Below, piece by piece: positions 1 through 8,519 of a stretch of DNA of 32,000 nt; the first letter of the stretch is position 1; the number at the start of each line of letters is the position of its first letter. A model generated the notes under the pieces. That model searched no databases. It worked only from the letters and a program-made list of their open reading frames with translations, and was not told the origin of the DNA. Both the position numbers and the translations under genes were made by a program. This DNA comes from Sinorhizobium meliloti. Lineage in GTDB: Bacteria > Pseudomonadota > Alphaproteobacteria > Rhizobiales > Rhizobiaceae. The stretch is taken from positions 90,001 through 122,000 of the forward strand of contig NZ_JAGIOS010000003.1 of the NCBI RefSeq assembly GCF_017876815.1. The letters run 5' to 3'.

Positions 1-10
1 TGTCCAACCG

Positions 11-3000
11 ATGAGCTTCAATCTTTCCGCGCTCGCGGTTCGCGAACGAGCCGTCACGTTGTTCTTCATTGTTCTGCTGGCCGCCGCCGGCGTCTACGCC
101 TTCATGAGTCTTGGGCGCGCGGAGGACCCCTCCTTTACCATCAAGACCCTGACGGTCACTACGGTATGGCCAGGCGCTACCGCGCGCGAAATGCAGGATC
201 TTGTCGCGGAGCCGCTCGAAAAGCGCATCCAGGAACTGACCTGGTACGATCGCGTCGAGACGACGACAAGGCCGGGCTACGCCTTTCTGACCGTCACGCT
301 GAAAGACAGCACGCCGCCCACGGCTGTCGAAGAGGAGTTCTATCAGGCGCGCAAGAAGTTGGGGGATGAAGCCCGCAACCTGCCTTCTGGTGTCTTCGGT
401 CCCTTCGTCAACGACGAATATTCGGACGTGAGCTTCGCCCTTTATGCGCTAAAGGCCAAGGGTATGCCCATGCGCGAGCTTGTGCGGCAGGCGGAGGTGA
501 TCCGACAGGATCTTCTGCACGTGCCGGGCGTCAAAAAGATCAACATTCTGGGGGAGCGGCCGGAACAGATCTTTGTCGAGTTCTCCTATGCCAAGCTCGC
601 AACCCTTGGCATTTCAGCGCAGGACATCGCTGCGGCTTTGCAAAGGCAAAACACCGTCACACCGGCAGGCTCGATCGACACGCGCGGGCCGCAGGTCTTT
701 ATCCGTTTCGATGGCGCCTACAACAGTGTGCAGGCAATTGCCGACACGCCAATCGTTGCTGCCGGACGCACGTTGAAACTGTCAGATTTCGCGGAGGTGC
801 GGCGCGGTTATGAAGACCCCGCGACCTACATCATCCGCCATGAAGGCGAGCCCGCCATCATGCTGGGCGCAGTGATGCAGCAAGGCTGGAATGGGCTGGA
901 ACTCGGAAAGGCGCTCGAAGAAAGATCTGCCGCGATCGCACGGACGCTGCCGCTCGGTATGACGCTCGCCAAGGTCAGCGACCAAGCTGTCAACATCGAC
1001 GCTGCGGTCGGCGAGTTCATGCTGAAATTCGCCATGGCGCTCGGGGTTGTGTTGCTCGTGAGCCTGCTCAGCCTCGGTTGGCGTGTCGGGATCGTCGTGG
1101 CGCTGGCCGTTCCGCTCACCCTTGCCGTAGTGTTCCTCATCATGTTGGAAACCGGCCGGTTCTTCGATCGCATCACGCTCGGCGCGTTGATCCTTGCGCT
1201 GGGCCTTCTTGTTGATGACGCCATCATCGCCATTGAGGTGATGGTGGTAAAGATGGAAGAGGGCATGGATCGCATCAAGGCGGCCGCCTATGCCTGGAGC
1301 CATACGGCAGCGCCCATGCTGTCCGGTACACTCGTGACCATCATCGGGCTGATGCCGGTTGGCTTTGCCAGATCAACCGCGGGCGAGTACGCCGGCAATA
1401 TCTTCTGGGTCGTGGGCTTTGCGCTAATCGTTTCCTGGTTCGTCGCAGTCATCTTCACGCCCTACCTCGGCGTCAAGATGCTGCCGGCGATCAAGCCAGT
1501 CGAGGGCGGCCACCACGCCATCTACGACACCCCGAATTACCGGCGCCTGCGGAGTTTCATCAAGTTCGCCGTGCGCCACAAGTTCATCACATGTGCGGTC
1601 GTCGGCGTCGTCATGGCTCTTTCCGTCGTTGGCATGGGAGGGGTGAAACAGCAGTTCTTCCCGACGTCGGATCGTCCCGAGGTGCTGGTCGAAGTCCGCA
1701 TGCCCGAAGGTACGAGTATCGAGACGACGACGGCCGCGGTCGAGAAGGTTGAAAGCTGGCTGCAGAACCAGCCCGAGGCAAAGATCGTCACCAGCTATAT
1801 TGGGCAGGGCGCTCCCCGCTTCTTCTTCGCCATGGCGCCGGAATTGCCGAACCCCGCTTTCGCCAAGATCGTTGTGCTCACCCCTGACTCTCACGCGCGC
1901 GAGGCTTTGAAGCTGCGCCTTCGGGCTGCCGTCTCAGACGGGCTGGTTCCCGAAGCCTACGTCCGTGTCACGCAGCTTGTGTTCGGCCCGTATACCCCGT
2001 TTCCGGTCGAGTTTCGCATCATGGGGCCGGATCCTGCGCAATTGTACCAGATCTCCGAGAAAGCCCTCGAGATCATGAAAGGCGTCCCGGACGTCCGTCA
2101 GGCAAACCGCGACTGGGGCAATCGTACGCCTGTGCTTCGCTTTGTCCCCGACCAGGACCGGCTCAATCTGATTGGCCTTTCGCCGGCTGAGGCAGCCCAG
2201 CAGATGCAGTTGCTGCTGAGTGGCATTCGGCTGACGCAAGTGCGCGAGAACATCCGCAACGTGCCCGTCGTCGCACGCAGTGCTGGCGAGAGCCGCCTCG
2301 ATCCGGCGAGGCTCGCCGACTTCTCGCTGATGAGCAGGGACGGCCGTCAGGTTCCGCTCGATCAGATCGGCCATTCCGAAATCCGGTTCGAGGAACCCAT
2401 CCTGAAACGTCGCGATCGAACGCCAGTCATCACGATCCGATCGGACATCAACGAGGCGACGCAGCCCCCGGAGGTCTCGCAGCAGATCATGACGGCACTT
2501 CAGCCGTTGATAGCCTCGCTTCCCGTCGGATATCGCATCGAAATGGGGGGAAACATTGAGGAATCTCTCAAGGCCAATGTCGCGCTGGTCAAAATCTTCC
2601 CGGCCATGATTGCCGCCATGCTGATCGTCATCATCCTCCAGGTCCGCAGCCTGTCAACGATGACGATGGTCATGTTGACCGCGCCGCTCGGTCTTGCCGG
2701 GGTGGTTCCGGTGTTGCTCCTCTTCAATCAGCCCTTCGGCTTCAATGCCATTCTCGGATTGATAGGACTGGCGGGAATCCTGATGCGCAACACTTTGATT
2801 CTGACCGAACAGATCAAGGAGAACAAGGCGGCCGGCCTCCACGATTATCACGCCGTTATCGAGGCGACGGTGCAGCGGACTCGCCCGGTTATCCTGACCG
2901 CACTTGCCGCCGTCCTTGCCTTCGTTCCGCTTACCCATTCGGTGTTCTGGGGATCGATGGCCTATACGCTGATCGGCGGCACGGCGGTTGGCACGGTGAT

Positions 3001-3121
3001 GATCCTACTTTTTCTTCCGGCACTGTACGCGGCATGGTTCAGGATCAAGCCGACTGCAGATGACACCCATGAGGAGCCGACCGAGGGGCCGGAATTGCGA
3101 ATAGCAATGGCTGCCGAGTAG
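11..3121 (+). CDS. RND (AcrB/AcrD/AcrF-type) efflux transporter permease subunit
   Basis: 1036-aa ORF. N-terminal TM helix followed by a large periplasmic loop, and an internally duplicated multi-TM layout. AcrB-family stretches such as LGLLVDDAIIAIEVMV and GLAGILMRNTLILTE. ATG sits at the window edge, so the adaptor gene is presumably upstream. Confidence 0.9.
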   Translation: MSFNLSALAVRERAVTLFFIVLLAAAGVYAFMSLGRAEDPSFTIKTLTVTTVWPGATAREMQDLVAEPLEKRIQELTWYDRVETTTRPGYAFLTVTLKDSTPPTAVEEEFYQARKKLGDEARNLPSGVFGPFVNDEYSDVSFALYALKAKGMPMRELVRQAEVIRQDLLHVPGVKKINILGERPEQIFVEFSYAKLATLGISAQDIAAALQRQNTVTPAGSIDTRGPQVFIRFDGAYNSVQAIADTPIVAAGRTLKLSDFAEVRRGYEDPATYIIRHEGEPAIMLGAVMQQGWNGLELGKALEERSAAIARTLPLGMTLAKVSDQAVNIDAAVGEFMLKFAMALGVVLLVSLLSLGWRVGIVVALAVPLTLAVVFLIMLETGRFFDRITLGALILALGLLVDDAIIAIEVMVVKMEEGMDRIKAAAYAWSHTAAPMLSGTLVTIIGLMPVGFARSTAGEYAGNIFWVVGFALIVSWFVAVIFTPYLGVKMLPAIKPVEGGHHAIYDTPNYRRLRSFIKFAVRHKFITCAVVGVVMALSVVGMGGVKQQFFPTSDRPEVLVEVRMPEGTSIETTTAAVEKVESWLQNQPEAKIVTSYIGQGAPRFFFAMAPELPNPAFAKIVVLTPDSHAREALKLRLRAAVSDGLVPEAYVRVTQLVFGPYTPFPVEFRIMGPDPAQLYQISEKALEIMKGVPDVRQANRDWGNRTPVLRFVPDQDRLNLIGLSPAEAAQQMQLLLSGIRLTQVRENIRNVPVVARSAGESRLDPARLADFSLMSRDGRQVPLDQIGHSEIRFEEPILKRRDRTPVITIRSDINEATQPPEVSQQIMTALQPLIASLPVGYRIEMGGNIEESLKANVALVKIFPAMIAAMLIVIILQVRSLSTMTMVMLTAPLGLAGVVPVLLLFNQPFGFNAILGLIGLAGILMRNTLILTEQIKENKAAGLHDYHAVIEATVQRTRPVILTALAAVLAFVPLTHSVFWGSMAYTLIGGTAVGTVMILLFLPALYAAWFRIKPTADDTHEEPTEGPELRIAMAAE

Positions 3122-3235
3122 CGTCTGCCGCGGGCTTGCCGGCCTTGCCTGCGCGCGAGCTTGGCCAGCCTTACGACTTGCCGCTCGCAAATGCTTCACG
3201 GCGGGCCGTTCCGTTCATCCATTCTGGGGGCATCC

Positions 3236-3766
3236 ATGGATTATCCGGTCCGACCGGGGGCAGATAGCGAAAACATGCGTGCACGCATCCAGGAGGTGGC
3301 GGAGGAGCACTTCCGTCGTGTAGGTCATCACAAGACGTCCGTAGCCGACATAGCCTCTGAACTCGGCATGAGCCGGGCGAACGTCTACCGTTTCTTCCCC
3401 TCCAGGGATGCAATCAAGGAATCCATCTGCAGGCGGGTCTTGGACAGTACCGCCGAGCTCGCCCTTACGATCGCACGCAGGAGCACGCCGCCCTCGGAGA
3501 AACTCGAGGAACTCCTGACCGCCGTTCACCATCACAACAAGACGAAACTGCTCCACGACAGGCAGATGCACGACCTGATCGTAGCCGCCATGCAGGAGAA
3601 CCGGCCGGTCATCAAGGTGCATGCTGAGCAGATGATGACGATTCTCGAGGCAATCATCCGCGAGGGCTCGAAACGGGCCAGTTCGAGGTCGAAGATCCCG
3701 CCGAAGCGGGCTTGCCTGAGCAAATTCGTCCTAAAGTCTCTCGAAAGGTCGGGCTATGCCCGCTGA
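3236..3766 (+). CDS. TetR/AcrR family transcriptional regulator, 3' end apparently frameshifted or truncated
   Basis: N-terminal HTH region RIQEVAEEHFRRVGHHKTSVADIASELGMSRANVYRFFPSRDAI is classic TetR_N. ATG at 3236 follows TGGGGG; alternative starts at 3161, 3191 and 3275. From about 3664 the called frame becomes basic low complexity (GSKRASSRSKIPPKR), while the +2 frame reads GLETGQFEVEDPAEAG, a typical TetR C-domain motif. Confidence 0.7.
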   Translation: MDYPVRPGADSENMRARIQEVAEEHFRRVGHHKTSVADIASELGMSRANVYRFFPSRDAIKESICRRVLDSTAELALTIARRSTPPSEKLEELLTAVHHHNKTKLLHDRQMHDLIVAAMQENRPVIKVHAEQMMTILEAIIREGSKRASSRSKIPPKRACLSKFVLKSLERSGYAR

Positions 3767-4074
3767 CCAGCCGGATGCGGACCTAGCCGCCTCAGCATCT
3801 GACAGTCGGCTTAGGGTGGTGAACAGACGTCCAGAAGAAGATCCCCCGGCGTCCGCTAGGCGGGACGAAGCCGCCGTTCATTAGTGACGCCTGGTCAAGT
3901 CGATAGCCAGCATGTGAGGCATGCTTCCGTTTAATGCGACGACAAACACTGGGATCGTTCGCAATTTACGGGGCAGGGGACAAGGTGTATTCTTTCGCAG
4001 AACCGCGGTGGCGACGTTTGAGAAGGCACGAAATTCCTTTATGACTGCGTGCAAGCCGTCCCGGAGATACAGCG

Positions 4075-4524
4075 ATGAGCCTGACGCGACGTCATATGCT
4101 GACCAGCACAATAGGAACAGTGGCATGTGCGGTTGCCCTGCTGACGCCGAAGCATACCCGGGGGACGGATGAGGTTGAGGACTTTCTCTTCCGTATAACT
4201 GGGCGGAAGGCAACCCCCTCGAATCGGCTTCGCCTCGTGATGCCGGCGGAATTCTCGACCGGGTATACGGTGCCCATGAGCATCTCGGTAGATAGTCCGA
4301 TGACCGAGGCCGACCACGTCAAATCCGTCCGTGTATTCGCTCCGAAGAACCCGCTCGTCGAAGTGGCACAGTTCCATTTCGTCCCGGGGCGCAGCCTCCC
4401 CCGCGTCTCGACGCGCGTCCGGCTTGCTGCCCCGCAACATGTGGTGGCACTCGCTGAGATGAGCAACGGTAACCTGCTGACGGCGAAGGCCTGGGTGGCT
4501 GTCGCCACCAATGGCTGTCTCTGA
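4075..4524 (+). CDS. soxY: SoxY-like sulfur carrier protein (Tat signal, C-terminal cysteine arm)
   Basis: Twin-arginine signal MSLTRRHMLTS. Immunoglobulin-like body with the SoxY-type segment VKSVRVFAPKNPLVEVAQFHF. A Cys is second from the C-terminus (..VATNGCL). SD GGAGA lies 7 nt before the ATG. Directly followed by soxZ. Confidence 0.8.
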   Translation: MSLTRRHMLTSTIGTVACAVALLTPKHTRGTDEVEDFLFRITGRKATPSNRLRLVMPAEFSTGYTVPMSISVDSPMTEADHVKSVRVFAPKNPLVEVAQFHFVPGRSLPRVSTRVRLAAPQHVVALAEMSNGNLLTAKAWVAVATNGCL

Positions 4525-4545
4525 AAGTTACGCAAGGAGGTAGGC

Positions 4546-4872
4546 GTGACCACTCCCATACCGCGTGTGATGGTTCCGGGCTCGGCGACAAAAAACGAAG
4601 TGTTCACGGTCAAGGCCATCATCCAGCACCAGATGGAGACGGGGCTGCGCACCGATTCCACGGGCAAGACGATCCCGCGGAAGATCATCAATCAGTTCGT
4701 CTGCCGTTACGGCGGAGTCGAGGTCTTCCGTACCGATCTGCACGAAGCCGTCTCGGCCAATCCGTTCCTTGAGTTCCAGTTGCTCGCGACGGGAAACGGT
4801 CTTCTTGAGTTCTCCTGGCGGGAGGACGGCGGCGCGACCTATTCGCTGTATCACGACATAGTGGTCACCTGA
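4546..4872 (+). CDS. soxZ: SoxZ sulfur carrier complex subunit
   Basis: 108 aa. VKAIIQHQMETGLRTDSTGKTIPRKIINQF and AVSANPFLEF match the conserved SoxZ core. GTG start preceded by AGGAGG at 5 nt. Confidence 0.85.
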   Translation: MTTPIPRVMVPGSATKNEVFTVKAIIQHQMETGLRTDSTGKTIPRKIINQFVCRYGGVEVFRTDLHEAVSANPFLEFQLLATGNGLLEFSWREDGGATYSLYHDIVVT

Positions 4873-4873
4873 C

Positions 4874-5245
4874 ATGAAGCGGGAACGGGCGGCCGCGACC
4901 GTCTCGCGTGCGAAGGGCCTCGCAGCCGAAATCCGGTGGTTGCTCGGTATTTCGCTTTGCGCGATCCTCCTGTTTCCCGAAAGGTCCGCTCCTGCGGAAG
5001 TGAGCCAAGGCGCGCAGATCGCCGCGACCTGCGCGTCCTGTCACGACCCGACTGGCGGCGGGCTGGCCATCCCGCCGATTGCGGCATTGGACGAACGGGC
5101 TATCGTGAAAGCCATGCTCGCCTTTCGTGCAAGTGAAAGCCCCAGCCATGTGATGCATGCGGTCGCATTGTCGCTCAGTGACGACGAGCTGGCCGCGACA
5201 GCGCGCTATCTCGCTGACAGAGCCAAAGCCGGGAGGCAGCCGTGA
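4874..5245 (+). CDS. Monohaem c-type cytochrome, FccA/SoxE-like small subunit of sulfide dehydrogenase
   Basis: One CxxCH (CASCH) after a signal-like hydrophobic segment. Class-I cytochrome c layout. Starts 1 nt after the soxZ stop and overlaps the next gene by GTGA, so translationally coupled to the flavoprotein. Confidence 0.75.
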   Translation: MKRERAAATVSRAKGLAAEIRWLLGISLCAILLFPERSAPAEVSQGAQIAATCASCHDPTGGGLAIPPIAALDERAIVKAMLAFRASESPSHVMHAVALSLSDDELAATARYLADRAKAGRQP

Positions 5246-6516
5246 CGGATTGGACGCGTCGCCAGATCGGCGCCCTGGCCGGAGGAGCGCTGCTGGCGGT
5301 GGCTGCACCACACACTGTTCGCGGTCAGGGACGGGCTAAGGTTGTAGTGATCGGCGGCGGCATCGGCGGCGCAACGGTTGCCCGATACCTCGGCGACATG
5401 AAGTCAATTGACGTCACACTGATCGAACCGAACTCCACCCACGTCACCTGCTTCTTCAGCAGCCACTACCTTGCCGGTCTTCGCTCGCTCGCCTCCCTGA
5501 CTTTCGGCCTGGAGACGCTGGCCGAAGGCCACGACATAACGATCATCCGCGACAGCGCCGTGGCGATCGACCCCGCCGGAAGGGCTGTCGAGCTTCGCGG
5601 CGGCACAAAGCTCTCCTATGACCGCCTCGTCGTCGCCCCGGGGATCGCCTTCAAGTTCGGCGAGATCGAGGGCTATGATGAGGACGCGGCAAAGATCATG
5701 CCGCATGCCTGGATTGCCGGACCCCAGAGTGAACTGCTGCGCCGGCAGCTCGAAAGCATGGACGACGGCGGTGTGTTCGTTATCGCTGCGCCTCCAAACC
5801 CGTTCCGCTGCCCGCCAGCCCCATATGAGCGGGCCTCGCTGGTCGCTTACTATTTCAAACAGTTCAAACCGAAATCGAAGATACTCATTCTCGACGCGAA
5901 GGATCAGTTTTCGGGTCAGGAACTGTTCCAGGATGCGTGGTCGCGTCACTATCCGGGCATAATTGAATGGCTACCTTCTCAGTTCACCGGGGCCATCAAA
6001 GCCGTAAATGTCGCGGCGCGATCGGTGGTCACAGAAGGCGAGACGTTCAGGGCGGCAGTCGCCAATATTATTCCTGCCCAGAAGGCGGGCCTCATCGGCG
6101 AGAAGGCAGGTCTTACGGACGCATCCGGCTGGTGCCCGGTCGATCCAGTGACGTTCGAGTCGACGTTGCAGCCCGGCATCCATGTCGTAGGCGACTCAAT
6201 TATCGGCGGCGACATGCCGAAGTCTGCCTTTTCTGCCAACAGCCAGGCCAAAGCATGCGCTTTTGGCATTGCGGCTTCCCTCACGGGTTCGCCTCAGTTT
6301 CCGCCGCACCTGTTCAACTCGTGCTACACGTTTCTAGCGCCCGACGACGCTTTCACCAATGCCCTTACCTTCGCACCCGAGGGCGGAAGGATAAAAACCG
6401 TGAAAATGTTCATCAGCAAGGTGGGCGAGAGCGCTGAGGTCCGCCGCCGCACCGCCCTTCACGCCGTGGGCTGGTATTCCGCCTTCACTGCAGACGTGTT
6501 CGGCGGTGGCCCCTGA
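5242..6516 (+). CDS. fccB: Flavocytochrome c sulfide dehydrogenase flavoprotein subunit (FccB/SoxF family)
   Basis: Tat signal TRRQIGALAGG. FAD fold KVVVIGGGIGGATVARYL. Family-typical FRCPPAPYERASLVAYYFK and PKSAFSANSQAKACA. Confidence 0.85.
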   Translation: MTDWTRRQIGALAGGALLAVAAPHTVRGQGRAKVVVIGGGIGGATVARYLGDMKSIDVTLIEPNSTHVTCFFSSHYLAGLRSLASLTFGLETLAEGHDITIIRDSAVAIDPAGRAVELRGGTKLSYDRLVVAPGIAFKFGEIEGYDEDAAKIMPHAWIAGPQSELLRRQLESMDDGGVFVIAAPPNPFRCPPAPYERASLVAYYFKQFKPKSKILILDAKDQFSGQELFQDAWSRHYPGIIEWLPSQFTGAIKAVNVAARSVVTEGETFRAAVANIIPAQKAGLIGEKAGLTDASGWCPVDPVTFESTLQPGIHVVGDSIIGGDMPKSAFSANSQAKACAFGIAASLTGSPQFPPHLFNSCYTFLAPDDAFTNALTFAPEGGRIKTVKMFISKVGESAEVRRRTALHAVGWYSAFTADVFGGGP

Positions 6517-6519
6517 TGG

Positions 6520-6767
6520 AATGCCTGGGGCTGCCGTTGGCCGCCGGGAGGATCGGCTGCGGGAATAGCACTGCGGCGGCAACCGACGAGATTGGAGCGG
6601 AACGCCAGAGGAGATTGGTGAGGATCGTCCGGCGAACCGCGCGGGCCACGTCGACGTCCAAGGCAACATCCAAACCCGCTGTCGGTAAGACGAGTGCGGT
6701 CTCTGCTAAAACATGCCGCCCCCTGCCAGTGCCAGTTCGGGTTCACGCAAGGATCGCCGTCGCCGCT
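6520..6767 (-). pseudogene. Relic of the 3' end of a ccoI/fixI-like P1B-type ATPase paralogue
   Basis: Minus-strand translation ..VDVARAVRRTILTNLLW..QPILPAA parallels the intact CcoI C-terminus ..VDVARAVRRTILANLMW..QPILAAA (20.5-20.7 kb). My hand DNA alignment of rc(6601-6670) against 20541-20612 gives 54/66 identical positions with one 1-nt gap. Weaker resemblance continues upstream over the GSATDLARETAGLVL and GDG regions. No start codon and broken frames. The relic is cut off by the fccB 3' end. Confidence 0.6.
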
Positions 6768-6787
6768 CAATCGAGACAGCGGCCGTA

Positions 6788-7258
6788 CTAGTACTTGCCC
6801 GGCTGCAGCACTGAACCGCTGTTGGACCAGGTAATGTATGCTTCGAGCGCCTTCATTGCCTCGGATTCGGGATCGATCTTCGCCCCTTGGTTCGGCTTCT
6901 CGATGCACCAGTTGATCATGTCGCGGAGGGTCGCGAACTTGGCCATCTGCGCCTGGAACTTCGGGAAGGATTGCGGGTGGGTGTCCGATGCCATCGGATG
7001 ACACATCGCGCAAGCCATGCCGGTTTTCGAGAGGTCGTCGGCAACGCCCATCGCTTCGGCCGTTGCGGCGTCGCCATGAAAGAGGAGGTCTCCTTTTCTT
7101 ACCTCCTCCATGAATGCTTCCTGGTAGAGCTTCAATTGCTCCGGCTTTACCGGATCTTTATGGGCGCTGCTCGGCCCCGCGAAAACGGCGGCAATGGCAA
7201 TTCCCCCCACCAGGCTGAAGCGCCGCAGTGAACAGCGGATTTTCGAGTGGGTTGTCAT
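6788..7258 (-). CDS. Secreted monohaem c-type cytochrome
   Basis: Start moved to the ATG at 7258 (MTTHSKIR..), preceded by GGAGGAAGG. The 224-aa track ORF would overlap the upstream gene. Signal peptide ..IAAVFAGPSSA. Single CAMCH haem site. C-terminal WCIEKPNQGAKIDPESEAMKALEAYI. Confidence 0.8.
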   Translation of the reverse strand: MTTHSKIRCSLRRFSLVGGIAIAAVFAGPSSAHKDPVKPEQLKLYQEAFMEEVRKGDLLFHGDAATAEAMGVADDLSKTGMACAMCHPMASDTHPQSFPKFQAQMAKFATLRDMINWCIEKPNQGAKIDPESEAMKALEAYITWSNSGSVLQPGKY

Positions 7259-7271
7259 GACCCTTCCTCCG

Positions 7272-8408
7272 CTAGTATGGCCACATGTTGTCGGCGATCC
7301 TTGGGCGAATAACCTCCGAAACATGCTTGTCATGGTCTTCGGGGGACTGCACGAAGACTTCCTTGCGCCCCCACATGATATATTCCGTTTCCAACTGGTC
7401 GTTGGCCGCCACGTCGATCTTGCTCCAGCCGACTCCATCATAGGGATCGCCGGGGTCGACACGGATCATCGGCTTGGTGAGCTTCGGCAAGCCTTCCGGC
7501 GCATAGGGCCACGGCCAGGACGTGGCTAGCATGCCGATCGAACGCAATGTGCCGATCTCGTTGTAGAGGACCTGGTGCACGTGACCATGAATGTTCGTGA
7601 CCTTGGCATAGGGTTTCAGCACCTCATGGACTTCGCGCCAGTCACGCACCCAGAAGTTCCACGGTGGATAATATTCGTAGAGCGGATTGTGACTGAAGAT
7701 GACCACGGGTCTTGCCTTATCCCAGTCGGCCAAGGTCTTTTCCATCCAGTCGAGCTGGTCCCGACCGACACCGGCCCATGGCCCGGCGACTGTACCGTCC
7801 AGCGTGGCCATGTGGCCCATGCGCTCCTCGGGCGTCATATTCTTTGCAGTCCAGTAGTCCGGTCCGCGGCTGACGGTATCGAGGCCGATGAAGCGCACGC
7901 CCTTGTGGTCGAAGGTCCAGTTGGGCTGCCCAAACAGTTCGCCCCATTTCTTGCCCATATCGAGATACCAGTCGTGCTCGCCTGGGATGTAGTGTTTCGG
8001 GATCGTGATCACCTTGAGTAGATCTACGCCGAGTTCAAGCTCTTCGATCTTTCCGAGCTGGGCGAGGTCACCACCGAAGATCAGGAAATCTGCAGGGGGA
8101 TCCATCGCTTGGACTTCCTGCGCCGCACGCACGACTTTGTCGACGAAGCGTGTGTTAAGGGATCTGGGATAGAGATGGGTGTCGGAGATCCAGGCAAACT
8201 TGAACGGCGCCTCGGCGGCATTCGCGATATCGAGCGTGTTCAGCAGAGGCCACCATGCAAAGGCCTGGCCCACAGTTGCTGCGCCAAATACCAATGACCC
8301 GTGAATGAATGTGCGGCGGGTAATTTTCAATGAGTCGTCGGGCCGAACCCCTTCGGGTTGCAGCACGGAATGCATTTCGCGGCGAATGCGGTCAAGTTCG
8401 TCAGACAT
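7272..8408 (-). CDS. Tat-exported metallophosphoesterase (calcineurin-like fold)
   Basis: Start at 8408 (MSDELDR..), preceded by GGAGGAGA. Twin-arginine signal ITRRTFIHGSLVFGAATVGQAFA. Complete metallophosphoesterase motif set: ISDTH, GGDLAQ, GEHD, SHNP, GHVH. Confidence 0.85.
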   Translation of the reverse strand: MSDELDRIRREMHSVLQPEGVRPDDSLKITRRTFIHGSLVFGAATVGQAFAWWPLLNTLDIANAAEAPFKFAWISDTHLYPRSLNTRFVDKVVRAAQEVQAMDPPADFLIFGGDLAQLGKIEELELGVDLLKVITIPKHYIPGEHDWYLDMGKKWGELFGQPNWTFDHKGVRFIGLDTVSRGPDYWTAKNMTPEERMGHMATLDGTVAGPWAGVGRDQLDWMEKTLADWDKARPVVIFSHNPLYEYYPPWNFWVRDWREVHEVLKPYAKVTNIHGHVHQVLYNEIGTLRSIGMLATSWPWPYAPEGLPKLTKPMIRVDPGDPYDGVGWSKIDVAANDQLETEYIMWGRKEVFVQSPEDHDKHVSEVIRPRIADNMWPY

Positions 8409-8519
8409 GACGGTTCTCCTCCCAGGAGGCCCGAAAGAAAAACTCGGCCCCACAGAGGCAGACATGGTGCGTAGGCCACGTCAGTTCTTTTCTTGTTTTT
8501 GTTGCGTAACTTTATCACA

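Noticed and set aside
3881-4213. ORFs 3881..4213 (-) and 3921..4172 (+) in the TetR-soxY spacer
   Set aside because: No SD, no recognisable motifs, and they overlap each other and the soxY start. Treated as non-coding spacer.
7259-7462. 5' extension of the cytochrome c ORF (224-aa version)
   Set aside because: The extension overlaps the 3' end of the metallophosphoesterase gene. The internal ATG at 7258 has a strong SD and yields a normal signal peptide.
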